Below are positions 45,901 through 58,560 of a stretch of DNA of 64,000 nt, one piece after another. Positions within the stretch are counted from its first letter, which is position 1. Every line of letters begins with the position of its first letter. The notes beneath the pieces are model-generated. The model was not told the origin of the DNA. It ran no database searches and saw nothing but the letters and a program-made list of their open reading frames with translations. This stretch comes from Amoebophrya sp. A120 (Eukaryota; Protista; Dinoflagellata): positions 106,603-170,602 of the forward strand of contig CAJINV010000029.1 in assembly GCA_905178155.1 (NCBI GenBank). The letters are read 5' to 3'. The position numbers and the translations under genes are program-made.

Positions 45901-48900
45901 CGTCGTGGGTACAGCAATCCACCTAACTACAGCCAACACATTCCCCCGCCGCATCTTCAGTCGAGACATGTGCCTGTGCCTGCTCCCCCGCAACATCACC
46001 AATCCCAGCATCATGTCGCGCAATCTGTGTACAATGCAGCTTACAATGGTCAACAACAGTACTACGTGAACAAAACGCACACTGGTCCGGGGACGGCGCC
46101 CGCGCCAGGCTGCGGGTACAACAACCAGCAGCCGTTGCACAGCGGCCCGCCAGGAGCCCAGTCCCATCATGCGCCGCATGGTGGCCTTCCTGGTAACCCG
46201 CCGCGGTTTCAGCAGATGAGCGCACATAATATGCACAACCAGCCGCAGGGCAACTCGCCCGTCGGCCGGGCGGAGCATCACGCGATGCAAATGGCACATG
46301 GCAGCCGGCATTTGGGTGGTCACATGACGCCTGCGGCAGGACGTGGCGGAGAGCGGGACCGCGAACTATCAATTGCAAATATGTCTGGGTCTGGGAGATT
46401 GCGACATTTGTCATGCTAGTCTGGCATGACTCTGAACTTTGTATTGCGTGGCCGCGAAGCGCTCCTCCTCCCTGTCATGCAAAAACGCTGCTTCTCATGG
46501 GAGATACGCAACTCAGAACCATGAAAAAAACTTGTCATGCTTGGCAGCGCATTACAGTGAAATCACTATAATTATCTTCCTTGCATCACAAGCTTCCAGA
46601 CCCAGACGTATTTGCATTTGATACGAACGTGGGGGACACCATTACCGCGGAGACCAGCAGCAGCAGCAGCAGCAGCACATTCATCGCGGTGAGCAGCGCG
46701 GTTTGGACCACCATCACGCGCAACAGCAACAAGGTGCCAGCAGCTATGGCTACCAGGTCGGCAACAACCCGGGTGGTGTTTCTGGTCAACAACATCAACC
46801 CAGCGCCCACACGCCGTATGCTGGATCAGGACGGAATATCAAATTGCCGAAGCCAGTGCAGCCACCGATGCTGCCGCGGAAGCAAGAGGTATGCACTTGC
46901 GTCATTCCAGTTTGTCATGCAAAGTTTATTATTGCATCGGTGGGTAAAGGTCTATGGTGGATTCGCAAGAGCAGTAGTATGATTTCTGAAATTTTCAATT
47001 TTTGAATACCGATTCTTGCAATACAAAACAGCTCGACCTGCCCGCGCCTCCTCCGCCGCCACTGCAGCACGCTGAACAGCCCTCAGCCTCTTCGAACAAC
47101 CGCATGGGAGCTGGACAACAGGCCGCTGCGTCGTCTTATCAGGTCGGAGTACAGCCTGCTGGTGGTGTTTCAGTGCACCAGCAGCAGCACGTGACCTCCA
47201 CTGGGCGTGGTCCTCACGGTCAACACCCGACGCACCAAATGAACCGCGCCCAACAAGTTGGGGTTTCGCCGGCCGAGCCATTGGACGATACCGCGGAAAC
47301 CAAGGACGGCTTCACTCCCAGAAGCGAATATGGGGAAGATGACTACAGGTATGAAGTTTGTAATATGTAGCCATGCATGATCACAGATGTGCATCGTGTA
47401 TCTACTTCATGACCTGACTCAACAGCATGACAGAAGATTTACGATTTTGACTTCTTGAAACCATTTGTGACGCAATTACTACTAGATGACCGACAAAATG
47501 CGTAATAGCATTTATTTATTTTATCACTACCCAAACAGCGACAATTACGACAATCTCTCCGATGGCGTCCCCATGGGTGGCGACTACACCAACACCCCGC
47601 TGCACCACGAACTGATGCACGACGGTCGCGGCGCTTTAGCCGGGAACTTGCAAAACCTGAACTCCGGCAGCAAGCGTTTGTTCAACAGCAAGGCTGATGG
47701 GTCTTGTCAGGAACACGTGCCGTTTGAGGGTTTGGTGTCGAAATCCCGCGAGCAGAGCTCCACCCCGGGGCCGCACAGCGGTAGTTCATCGGCTGCTTCC
47801 GCTGATTGCAGTTCTGGTGGGAAGAATACCAAACAAGCGACGTTTCTAGAAGGTGCCCAACAATTACCTAGTGAGCCGCAGAATATCAACCCCGACGCGA
47901 TTGGGAGTTCTGGCACGAATTCGTCCATGGCCGCCGCTGGTTATCCTGGGCAAAAGTATCGTACTCGTAGTAATCGCAGGTATGCATTACAAATCTCCAT
48001 CCCAAGGTAAAACAGCGTGACAAATTCCATTTGTCATGCTGAGCTTGTATTGCAATTCCTACTACTACGATACTTTTGCAGTTCATATTGGCCCTCCGAT
48101 GCTGATTTCCGGTATGAGCCGAGCGAACGCGCAGATCGGGCAATCTAGTACAGCCAACAAGGCTGCTCCTGCAACGGCTAATGCAGGAGGACTTGCACTT
48201 GGAGCGGCAGGTGCAGGCGTATTTGACCAACAGGCGCCCCCGTTTAACGTCGATATGACGAACCTTGCTCCGCCACCCGCGATGAACAACATGATCCCAG
48301 GGAGCGGCTCGGGAATGAACCAGACCGGCCTCCCTGTGCCGCTTTGCGTCTCCAAATCCTGGGGTCGACACGGCGCGACCAGCCCACCACCGGGCGTTTG
48401 CCCGCCGCCGGAGCCGCCACGGGGAATGCTTCCGCCGGGCGTTCTGGGCGGACCGTCGTTGCTGGTTTCATCTTCGCAGCAACAGGGAAATAACTTTTCT
48501 GCTGCAGGAGCAGGTTCTGGTGGTTTTATTGCAGCTGCAGGAAAGCACGGTAGTTGTACTACCCCAATGAACAATTCCAGTGACACAAAGTTGCCCTTGC
48601 CCCTGCAGAACCCGCATAATTCTGGTAAAGGAGGTCAACAGCAACTGCATTCGAAGCAGCCGTACGCCGAGCAACAGTACGCCGGTGACGCCAATCCAAG
48701 GGATCTCCCGCTTCTACCGTCGGGCGCAATACTATAAACAAGCAGCGGGTGAACAAGCGCGCGGCTCTGGTTGCGGAGCAGCAGCACAAACTGCCGATTA
48801 ATTTCTGTTCGCAGCAGTAGCCCCCGCAGCACCAACAACTTCCTGATGTTTACAGCATTCCGGTCCCCATGCCATCCTCCCGACAGTTGTTGCCTCCAGG

Positions 48901-49777
48901 AGAAGCCAGTACCGCTGCGATGCAACCCCCTAATACAGCAAGTGCCGCTGTAGTTGAGCACCAAGAGCCGGGCCTGTTACCCTTCGCATCGCAACAAGCG
49001 CCGACTCTTCCAAGCGCAGGAGCCGCTGGCTCATGCAAAAAGCCTACTAGCAATAATCCCGCCGCTGCTGCTCAATCCTACCATCAAAGTGCTCCTGTTG
49101 GTCAACAGCCGATATCAACAAAGCCGGAAGGCCAGCTGACCATGGAAGTTGGCCAGCATTTACAGCCAGGTAGCGTGCAGGTTTTGAGTCGCAACCAGTC
49201 GACAAGCTACTCACCGGCGGAGAACTCTAGCACTAAAATGACCACGACCTCCGCAGTAGGAGCACCCCAAGGTGGACCTCCTCCTGCCGTTATTGCTCAG
49301 CAACCCCCGCTGCCGGCCAGCATCGGCACTGCAACTACCAGTATTGCCGCCGCTACCTCCGCGGCACTGACGAAGCAGGACAACTTTCAGATTCCCCAGA
49401 ATCCACCACCTCCGCCACCAGTAGCTGCAGTTGTTCCAGCGTCGCAGACGCAGACGCAGATTATTCATCAACAGAACGACGGTAAGAATAATGTTGTCAC
49501 CAACGATGAACAACAAGGGAATATTTTGGACGAGTTCGGTGCGGACAATATTTGGACAGCAGGGGCCGAACTCCTGTGGACAGCAGCAGCAGCAGGTGAC
49601 GACAGCAATTTAACGTCGAGCGAGGACAAACACTTAGAGATGCGGAACGTGTTCACTTACACGAGGAGCCAGATGCTGCGCCTTCGTTCTTGCTGCGATT
49701 TGGGCGAAGATGATGCAGCAACTGGATTGCTGCATTCCGCCGGTGCCGCCGGTTCTGATGCGTCCGTTCGTGGATAA
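42966..49777 (+). CDS. Gln/His/Pro-rich low-complexity protein locus, internally duplicated, partly frameshifted (may be pseudogenic); continuous frame about 44487-48737 after intron removal
   Basis: ORFs 44487, 45313, 46703, 47002, 47486 and 48036 join in frame via introns 45040, 46367, 46889, 47349 and 47942; frame breaks near 43760, 44600 and 48700. Confidence 0.55.
43272..43510. mobile_element. Introner family B
   Basis: tatggggtggccaagcgttac ... gtaacacttgagaacgccata; DR agcgc/agcac; absent at paralogous site ~46309. Confidence 0.92.
45040..45281. mobile_element. Introner family B
   Basis: tatggcgttctcaaacgttac ... gtaacgtttgagaactgcata; perfect DR gctga; absent at paralogous site ~49644. 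Confidence 0.95.
46367..46623. mobile_element. Introner family A
   Basis: Family A termini; perfect DR cgaac; absent at paralogous site ~43586. Confidence 0.95.
46889..47031 (+). other. Probable canonical GT-AG intron
   Basis: gag/gtatgc ... aaaacag/ctc joins RKQE-LDLPAPP in frame. Confidence 0.7.
47349..47538 (+). other. Probable canonical GT-AG intron
   Basis: tacag/gtatga ... aaacag/cgac joins EDDY-SDNYDNL in frame. Confidence 0.7.
47942..48087. mobile_element. Introner family C
   Basis: tatcctgggcaaaagtatcgta ... tacgatacttttgcagttcata; DR ctggt/ttggc; frame restored. Confidence 0.88.
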
Positions 49778-49807
49778 TGTTGGTCAAAATCAGGCCAACG
49801 CTGTCGA

Positions 49808-50107
49808 TATCCAATGCAAACGCGTCTAGGTCTGGAAGATTTCAAGACTTGTCATGCTACTTTTCCATGACGATGACCCAGCCAGGACCATGAGGTCTCG
49901 GTCTGGCGGGCATGACATAGGATGACGGACTCTACGACATCTTTCTCATGCTTGCCTCTCCTGCACGAGAAACTTCTTGCTCTTCCTCTCAAATTGTTCC
50001 AAAATGGACAGCTTCTGGTAATCATGCAACACAGATTGTTTCACAGTCCCGACTTAGAATGACAAGTTCGACGGTTGCAGACCCAGACATCTACTTTGCA
50101 ATGCATA
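49808..50107. mobile_element. Introner family A
   Basis: tatccaatgcaaacgcgtctaggtctggaa ... tttgcaatgcata; DR decayed. Confidence 0.8.
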
Positions 50108-50479
50108 TTCAGCCAGTTTGTGATGCTGGAGCACGATACTGCTGCTGGTAACGATAGCGGCGCCCGCAATACAGAATCTATGGACCACCCAAAAGCGCAC
50201 ACTTTGAATTCAATTTGATGGAGCAGAACAATCGTAGTGGTTACGCCCGTGCAGCCCCCCGAGAGCCACTTGATGCCGGGAACACTTGTAGCGATGGTGA
50301 GTACGCATGGCAAAGCGACCTGCTGCGCCATGCCCTTGTCTCGACGGTTAGCTCCGGAAGCTGGTACCGGTCCGATGCAGCCGCCGGCCGTAGGAGCTCC
50401 TAATAAAGCAAGTGCCACCAGTGGAGCCTTTTTCCGCGAAAAAATGGTGTTGCGGCCCGGTGGACCTGTTCCTCGAATT

Positions 50480-50773
50480 TATGCAGTGCCAAGTTGTCTG
50501 GGTCTGGATCTGGAAAGATACAAGCTTGTCAGGAGGCTGTCCTCGGATTCCAAAATAAAAAATCTGTATTGCATGCGCAGCAAAACTAAGTAGTCCAATT
50601 TTTGCTACCTGGAGCTGGCATTTCTCATGAGGGATAGGCATGAACGCAAAACCTGCGCAATCTCGAGATGCTGGCGCATACGTCAATGATATTGTGGGAG
50701 TGGGCCATGCACAATGTGCATGGCAAACGTTGCACCTCTCCAGACCAAGAGATAAACATATTTGCAGTGGATA
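50480..50773. mobile_element. Introner family A
   Basis: tatgcagtgccaagttgtctgggtctgga ... tttgcagtggata; DR gaatt/gagtt. Confidence 0.85.
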
Positions 50774-51329
50774 GAGTTTGGCCGCTAGCACAACCTGCAG
50801 AGCGACCTGGTGGCCCTCCTTGCTGCACGAGCCGCACTGCAAAAGCGGAAGCCAGTCGATCAGGAACTTGTCGCTTTGTCGGCGCACGACTTACCTCAGG
50901 AAAATGAAACCCCGGCGGATTGCGGCGCTACCCTCAGACTCATCCCATACACAGAACCGCACTGGAATTTTGTGACTTGCGTAGGTGGTTGTCGGGGGAT
51001 TTCTGCACCGTGACAACCTCAATTCTCTCTATGTAGTGGGCACAAGAAAAAACTAATGTTAATACAAAGCCACTACCCTCTGTCCCCCTGTTATTGAGTT
51101 CTACCCATCTTATCGCTCGTATGTGTCGCGTTCGGCGCGACTGCAGGAGAAACGAAGCATCTACTTTGGCGAAGCTTCTAGTTGTAGTTCTACCAAAAAA
51201 AATGTTTTTCTGAGCTTCGCCCCCTGTACGTATCTTCAACCAGAACGAAGCACAAACCTGATCGACGAAAATTAGTTACTGAAGCCGCAATGCTTACGCT
51301 TCACGAATATCAGCAGCACTGCTCCAGTG

Positions 51330-51419
51330 GCAACGCTGCAGAGTTTTGTTTACAGTACTGGCCAGACCAGCGTGGCCAATGCTGCAGAGTTTTGTTTACA
51401 GTACTGGCCAGACCAGCGT
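51330..51419. repeat. 47-bp tandem duplication
   Basis: gctgcagagttttgtttacagtactggccagaccagcgt occurs twice. Confidence 0.9.
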
Positions 51420-51847
51420 CCTATCGGTCTCCGGCTGGGCTGCACATAGGTAGGGCGCGGTGTGGGGGCACGCCTTCTTGCCTTGTCCCTGTCCGTCTTT
51501 CTAGGGTCGGGGCTGGTGGCTTAGGATGCCCGAAATGAAGCAACCCCGCTACCCGGCCGGCCCCTTGGCTCTTTGACATGCCATGGCGCGCCGCCGGAAT
51601 GCAAGCGCAACGGGGAACAGGAGCAGTACTGGGATCCATGTTGCGACGACGCCGCAGCTAGCTGATCTGCTAGCTGCGCTGCCCCGTGATTGTGTGGTCG
51701 GTCCCTGCGAGGAGATCATGAGAGAGGTGACGCTCTTGGTTGCGTGCCAGGGCGAGGTCGCATCTACAAACGAGATGCTTGGTCCGTGGCATCTACAAAC
51801 AAAATGGCGCAACTGCAATGGAAATCCTTAATCTTTCCATTCTCCTA

Positions 51848-52863
51848 ATGAACAGATCGCCCCCGCCGAAGCACGCGCCTACGGTCCCGAGCCGTATGAT
51901 GGTTCCCTCCCGGATGTAGAACATGTCCACAAGCTGATGTGTGGCTGGATTCCGCAGAAGTACGTGGACGAAGCTGCAACCATCGTCAAAAAAACCAAAC
52001 TATGGAAAACGCGCTATCACTTGAAAATATTTTTGGGTCTGGAAGACGAAGATTTCCAACTTGTAGCGCGTGCTCTGGACGACGAGGCGTTTAAATTTGT
52101 ATTGCATGAAAACCAAAGTCACCCAATGAATTTGTGCTGCACACACAAGGATAAGGAACTGATCACGCGGAATAGGCATCTTCAAGAGGCCTCGGCAAAG
52201 CCTGTGTTGCATGCTTTTCCGTGCATTCGAGACCATGCGTGTCATCCAGCAGACGCATTAGAAGCAAGATCATTCTCCCAGGCCCAGGCATGTTTGCAAT
52301 GCATACTCGCGCTGCTGTTATAAAAGCGGAGCAGCTCAGGAGGGCAAAGGGGAACAAGTCCGACGCAGTTGGTATGCAATGCAAAAGGGTCGCATCCGTA
52401 TGATTCGCATAACAAATTGCCTCAAGAAGAACACTGCGGCGTGTCTATCATTTGTAAAAAGGTCCCCACCCCATGCTTGTAATGAAATTTTGCATGCTGA
52501 AGATGATGTTTCTCATGCAAAGCCCCATAAGAAGCATTTTCTATTCGTATTTCGGAATTTGTCATGCTCCAATCAGAATGATATGCCGCAGTTGTGATGC
52601 TGGCGAACTAGCTAAACAGGATTACACTACGAAGCCAAACTTCTCATGCGCAACACCCAAGCCTTGTGGATTTGTCTAGCAGATATCCATTTTGACTCTT
52701 GTGCGGGGACGTTTTTACTCCGGATAGTGTCATGGAGGGACAGGGAGGAAGGCGGGATCTCTCATGCATGATTCTGGTTAGTCTTAGTATGATCGCGATG
52801 CTTTTGCAGTGGATAGGCAAACGCGTGGAACAATCGGAGACCCTCGACGCAAGCGAAAGGTAA
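51848..52863 (+). CDS. Hypothetical protein, probably the 3' exons of a gene (..52014, 52311-52372, 52821-52863)
   Basis: Removing elements 52015 and 52373 (+5 nt) gives ..CGWIPQKYVDEAATIVKKTKLWKTRAAVIKAEQLRRAKGNKSDAVGRVEQSETLDASER-stop; 5' end unresolved. Confidence 0.45.
52015..52305. mobile_element. Introner family A
   Basis: tatcacttgaaaatatttttgggtctggaa ... gtttgcaatgcata; DR cgcgc/ctcgc. Confidence 0.87.
52373..52815. mobile_element. Introner family C with nested D
   Basis: tatgcaatgcaaaagggtcgc ... gcgatgcttttgcagtggata; 157 bp after subtracting the nested element and one DR copy. Confidence 0.88.
52446..52726. mobile_element. Introner family D nested in C
   Basis: tatcatttgtaaaaaggtcccc ... 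ggggacgtttttactccggata; perfect DR gtgtc. Confidence 0.93.
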
Positions 52864-53894
52864 GCGAGCACCACTCACTATCTTTACATCTTGCATTGAG
52901 CGCGCACCTCTACTAAACTTTTTAACTACATCCTGTCGAAATCGAGAATCAAAGAAAGCACTTATGACTTTTCGTAAGTGTCTGCGTCGGCGTGCTTCTG
53001 CCTTTTCGTAAGTAACCGGCCTGACCTTAGTACTGTCACAGTAAACGAAGACGTAAATAGCCGGCCTGACCTTAGTACTTCTGAGGCAGCGCTGCGAGCG
53101 CCCTGCCTGTAGGTGTAGGTAGTGGCAAAGGCATGGACGAAGAAAAATTTCAGCACGACCAGCGAGGAGAAGGGCAGGGCTAGTGCCACTCTTCAGAAGT
53201 CACACGCTCGCTGCTTCTTGTGTTTTGACTAGTACCACTCTTCAGAAGTCGCTCGCTGCTTCTTGTGCTTTGACACCAAAGATCTAACACATCTATCATT
53301 GCGATGCGTACTACGTTTTTTGATTTGAGCGTGGCTGCAGCATGCGATGAATAGTACGCGGCGACTGTCGCTGCCAACTAACACACACGCTTGCAGATGA
53401 TAAAATTTTGAAGGCGCTCCCTGCCTTGTGCAGGATTGATCCAGCAGCTCGATGAACGTATATAAAAAATGGAGAACTTCTGCTTCATTGCCACACAATG
53501 CAAAAAAAAACTCTACTTCCCAAGGTCCCACCGGCGGCGGCGACATTGCGGGCGGGCGGGGTGGTCTGTTCGGTTTCTTGTGGTGCCGGTACCTGGGAAG
53601 CAACGGACCCCGACCAGTGTCTCATGAATCGAGCCCGACACGGGGCCCTCTTCAACGAACCACTCGCTTCGCGATGTGCTGAAAGTTTAAAACTTTGGAA
53701 CTTTGCATCGAGAAAGAGAATTGTGGGCCGAGACCTGGAACTTTGCATCGAGAAAGAGAATTGTGAACCGAGACCGAGGGGAGACTAGTGCGACCGGGGG
53801 CGCGAGCGCTTTCCCCACGCGCTTTCGCTTTGATGCCTTCCCTCGCGCGCTGGGAGGGAGCCGCGCTGCCTTCCCCATCGACCTACCCGCCGGC

Positions 53895-54545
53895 GTTTTC
53901 GCACTTGAATGGCGCCGGCGTTTCTTTGCTGGTGTTTTCGCACTTGAATCGCTGGGGGTGCTTTTTGTTTTCTCGTCGGTGGGCTTTTCCATGTGCCTCG
54001 CACGCAATTAACCCTGCGCGCGCCCACAGGACGAGGATGGCGCGCGGTGTTCCTTTGCTCCCCGCGCCCCGTTTTCTCTGGTCGGTGCGGCCGGGGAGCC
54101 CTACCATCTACGCAACCACAGCCGGCGCAAGCGTCTGCGCATCGGCATTTTCGCACTTGAATGGCGCGGGTGTTTCTTGGCCTTTGTTTTCGCACTTGAA
54201 TCGTGGGGGTGTTTCCGCTTTATTGTCTTCAGCGCTGGGCCTGGGCCTTGCCCTACTATCAAGAAGTCGTGTTGCCTGCTGCGGCTGGTTTCACCATTGG
54301 CAGAACCACGGTCGGCAGCCGCGGGCCGTGGCGCTGGCGTTTTCGCACTTGAATGGCGCCGATCTTTCTTTGCCAATGTTTTCGCACTTGAATGGCCTCG
54401 GTGTTTTTTTGCTTCCTCACCGCTTCGGCCTGTTCGCCGTCACTCCTACTTTGCTCAGAACCAGTCTGCGCGCGGAAAGGCAGTCGCGCAAGTGATTTCC
54501 AGCAGAAAATCGCTTGCATTTTTGCCGTTGAATGGCGCCGGTGTT
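53895..54545. repeat. Paired ttttcgcacttgaat motif array
   Basis: Three pairs (about 53897/53935, 54148/54187, 54340/54379) plus a decayed copy near 54522. Confidence 0.85.
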
Positions 54546-54662
54546 TTTGGTGTTTTTCTTTCACAACACACCAAAAAAAATTTTTCGGCCCTGCGGGGCT
54601 ATCTTTTTTTTGCGGTGTGATTTCCCTCCTGAATGAGAAACGCGCACTCTACGGCGACCCGC

Positions 54663-54992
54663 TCTCGGCTCTCGGTTTCCGATTCCCGGTTCTCGGTTTC
54701 CGGTTTCCGATTCTCGGTTTCCGATTCTCGGTTTCCGATTCTCGGTTTCCGATTCTCCGTTTCAGGTTCTCGGTTCTCGGTTTCCGATTCTCGGTTTCCG
54801 ATTCTCGGTTCTCGGTTTCCGATTCTCGGTTTCAGGTTCTCGGTTCTCGGTTTCCAATTCTCGGCTCTCGGTTTCCGATTCTCGGTTCTCGGTTTCCGAT
54901 TCTCGGTTCTCGGTTTCCGGTTTCCGATTCTCGGTTTCCGATTCTCGGTTCTCGGTTTCCGGTTTCCGATTCTCGGTTTCCGATTCTCGGTT
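54663..54992. repeat. Heptamer microsatellite (ttctcgg / tttccga variants)
   Basis: About 47 tandem 7-mers. Confidence 0.95.
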
Positions 54993-57927
54993 TTTTACGC
55001 CCTGGCCATGGCTTAACTTGATACCCCAAGAACAGGTGTTGACACTGCTACTTCTCCCGTTGAGGTGGTCTAGTATGATGTAGCGTAGGTATTATTTCGA
55101 ACGGAGCAGCGGTTGTGGTGACCGGTTGTAGCTCTGAGAACGATGGTGCCCTACAGCGGTGATGGAAACCGATGGAGGATGGAAAGGTTGTCAAATGAAA
55201 ACCGGTGGAGGTTTATCGAGGAGCAGCAACACGACGAGTGCGGGATAACTCGACGCTTGTCTCTTGAGCTCTACTCAGCCCCGCTCGAAGGTTCTTCAAA
55301 TCCGGAGGTTGACGCCGAATGACTTTTCTTTTGCCTGAAACCTCCTGTCGAGCTCGTGACGGTGCCTTGAAGTAAATGTAAATTTCAGTTTGTCATGCAG
55401 AAAAACAGATTTCATCAAGAAGCAAGTCAAATTCTTCATGCAACAGCACACGACAAGTACAGAAACTTCAAAATCAAAAATACCTCAAGAACAGGTAATA
55501 TTGACACTGCTTGCGCCGGCAAGGGATCGACCTAGAGTGTGTCTTTCCACCTTCCAGGACAGGGCTCAATGTGAAAGCACGGGGCCTCGAGATAAATAGC
55601 ACCGCCGGTGGATGCTTTTATTCCTCGAAGGCGGGTGCGAACACCAGTGCGGAACGGCGCTTTCTTCACCTGAAGTGGTTGTAGTAAGTTTCTCATGCAG
55701 AAACAAAAACTGCAACCGTGTAGTCCTGGCATTGTAGGGTATTTTCGAAGTAGTAGATCATGTCGCGCAAATAAGATGAAATCATCGCACTTCTACTATA
55801 CACATTCAAAAAGTTGTACAACAGTACTCCAGCTGGTCCTCGACCGCTGCAACGAAAACGCTGACGTGAAGGCCGCGGCTACTGCAAAGACCTCGTTTAC
55901 TTTCCAACACGGGATCAAGAAGCTGCACCCGCGGAGAGGAGCCCTGCGCAGATCGATGCGTCGAAGACACCAGGGACGGTGATGGTTCAAGAAACTGTCC
56001 TACATTTTGAAAAGACTGTTGCTGTTCGTCCTATCACTCTGTGATAAAATTATTCGGACATAAGGCAGAGCACGACATGAATTGTGAATGATTGCAAACT
56101 TGATCTTGATGATGTCTAGAGCCCCGACTGCTGGGGAAAATTTTTCTTTTTGGGTGGAAGGAAGACCAGACTCTGCGCCGGCGCAGCTGCAGCCACAATC
56201 ACAATCAAAGGTTTAGACGAATCAAAACTTCCAACTAGTGTACTAACTTCAAAAATAGGACCAGATTGTTCGTTTTCGCGAAACTAAATGTTACTTAGCA
56301 CTGCAGCGTCAAATATTTGTTCGATGCTGCGGCCTCACAATACACGGTGCAACATTTGGTATTCCTCAAACTCGCTATCGAGATAGAGCTCTGACCATTT
56401 GCATTTTGTTCTCTCGTAATTCATAATAAAAACAAAAGTCCAAGATAACCTCGACAGCTACTTCCCGCCACAACAAGTTAATTTTTACATTGCTGATTAT
56501 GATGCGAATTCAACAAGAGGAAAAAACACAGACAAACACGAGTTCTCTCATGTTGCGCTACTCTATCCCATTTTGCAATCAATAAATAGCACCGACTTTG
56601 CCATCCTTCTCCGGCGTACTAGAGCTTGCAGACAAAAAAACACAAAAGCATCGACGTCTTGAAACAACGAAGCCTTCAGCAAAGTCAGAGACTCGGGATG
56701 TGGGGGTGGCGGTGGTAGCGGGAACTCAAATGGTGCATCATCAAGCCCGCACGGGCCAAGAAGATGACAATAATCAAGTCGCCGTCGCGTCCGTCAAAGC
56801 CCATAAATCAAAAAAAAGCACCCCGTTGCAAAAGGCGCTGCGACTTGGTTTTTGATCGGTCGGAGCACTCACTTCGGCCACTGGCTTTCACCGAACTTGA
56901 TGGCGGGGCAACTACCAAGCAGCTGTCCCACGCGGCTGCAGGCACGACAGCTCCGACGAGGAACCATCAACGCGCGCGCCCACACCACACGCCAAACGGC
57001 AACGCTCCGAGCGCGGGGCGCCCGACCAAACGGGCTAAATGGGGGAGGGCAAATACAACATGGCCCCAAGCCCGGGCGCCGGGGCGCCCCGCGAGCGCCG
57101 TGGGCCCGATAACCGGAAGCGCGCAAAGCAATGCGCACAATCAGCCAGCGCCGGGGTCGGCGGCAAGCGCCAAAAGCCTCCCAGGGTGGTGGCCGGGAAG
57201 GCGCCGGAGGGCCTGGGGCGGCGCCGGGCGTGTGAGCGAGCGAAGGCCGGCGCTCTCCGCCCCGAAGAGTCCGGTCGTCCTGCAGGGCCTTGCGGTCCTT
57301 CCTTGCGGAGTGCGTCCCCACGGGCGTCGCGCCGCTCCGCCTGCTGCGGGCTGCTCATCTCCGCGAGGCTCTTCCGCTTCTCCGACCTTCTTCTCCCTGT
57401 GCCGCTTTATTCTCCCTGTGCCGCGAGGGCAGCAGGGGATGGGGCGCGCCCGCGCCCGCCCCCGCGCGGCGCAAAGGCCCGCGGCGGCCGGGGTGCGAAA
57501 CGGCGCGGCCGGGGCGCAAAAAGGCGGGCCGGGGTGCGCGTCGGCCGGGGCGGGCGCGAGGCAACCGCGGCGCCGGTCGCCTCACCCAAAACCGTCGCAA
57601 TGTCGGGGGGTTTTCGAAGGCAAAGGAGAAGCGCCCGCCGGGCATACTCGCTATCCGTCAACTGGCTGCCGGCCTCTCCGCGCAGTGTTTTGCGGGTCCG
57701 GCGGGGGCCGGCGCCGGCGCCCAACATGTGGCCCAGCGTCGTCCGGAAACCTCACGCAGACCAAACAGGCCGGGCGTATTTCATCCTTCTGCCCGAGCCA
57801 GTTCCTCCAGCCATGGCACCCACTGCAAGGCGCGAGGACGTGCGCCGCCGGGCGTGCGCGGCCTGCGCGGTCCTCTGCTTGTCGTCTGTAGTAGCTAAAG
57901 CACGGCCCGGCCTTGGTTTTTGTTTTC

Positions 57928-57930
<3 letters not shown>

Positions 57931-57959
<29 letters not shown>
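57931..57959. repeat. (AC)14 microsatellite
   Basis: Direct reading. Confidence 0.97.
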
Positions 57960-58560
57960 GCCGAAGGCACAACTGTGCAGACTCTCGCGGCAGTTCACTT
58001 GGACGGAAAAACACCTCCCTGGTGCGGCACTCCTGCGCTCGCGAGATAACGCCTCACGGACTTCTATGTGGATTTCGCGAGAAACTAAAAACTCAATGTC
58101 GTCCGTAGTTCTTTCTTCGTTATCTTTGCACTCCTTTGTTCATTCTAAAATCTCCGAAAAAACTGGTTCGCGGCCAATCGCAACACTTTCTTCTAAAATA
58201 CTTTTACTATTCGTCCAACACCACCGTGTTTGTGTGGTTGCTGTATCACTTCGAAACTGTCTGCGCTGTTAGCGTTAAAAAACTTGTTCCTATGTCATCT
58301 TTTGGTGTAGTTGCTTTTGTCTGAGCTTGCAGCTAAAAAAAAATTAGTTGAGCAGGATCTTACTTGGCTTTAAAAAGTATAAACATTGCAGTATACGAAG
58401 GTAAGAATCAAAGACTTTAATCTTACACTTGTCGCTGATGTCAAGACCCGACACCAAAGTTCTAGTAGCACACTGGCGTTCCTCCTCTCTTGTCAACTAA
58501 TCCGCCAAAGAACCGTCCGATTTCTTTATCCGTGTTGTACGCAAAAAAGTTCGTCCGATC

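Noticed and set aside
54663-54992. Interstitial telomere
   Set aside because: Units are ttctcgg/tttccga, not TTTAGGG; only the 7-bp period is shared
55000-56850. Possible minus-strand gene with canonical introns
   Set aside because: Could not assemble a consistent stop-free frame by eye
56764-58049. ORFs of 375 and 336 aa
   Set aside because: Very GC-rich, open in many overlapping frames, and the 336-aa frame runs through an (AC)n tract; no protein-like signal
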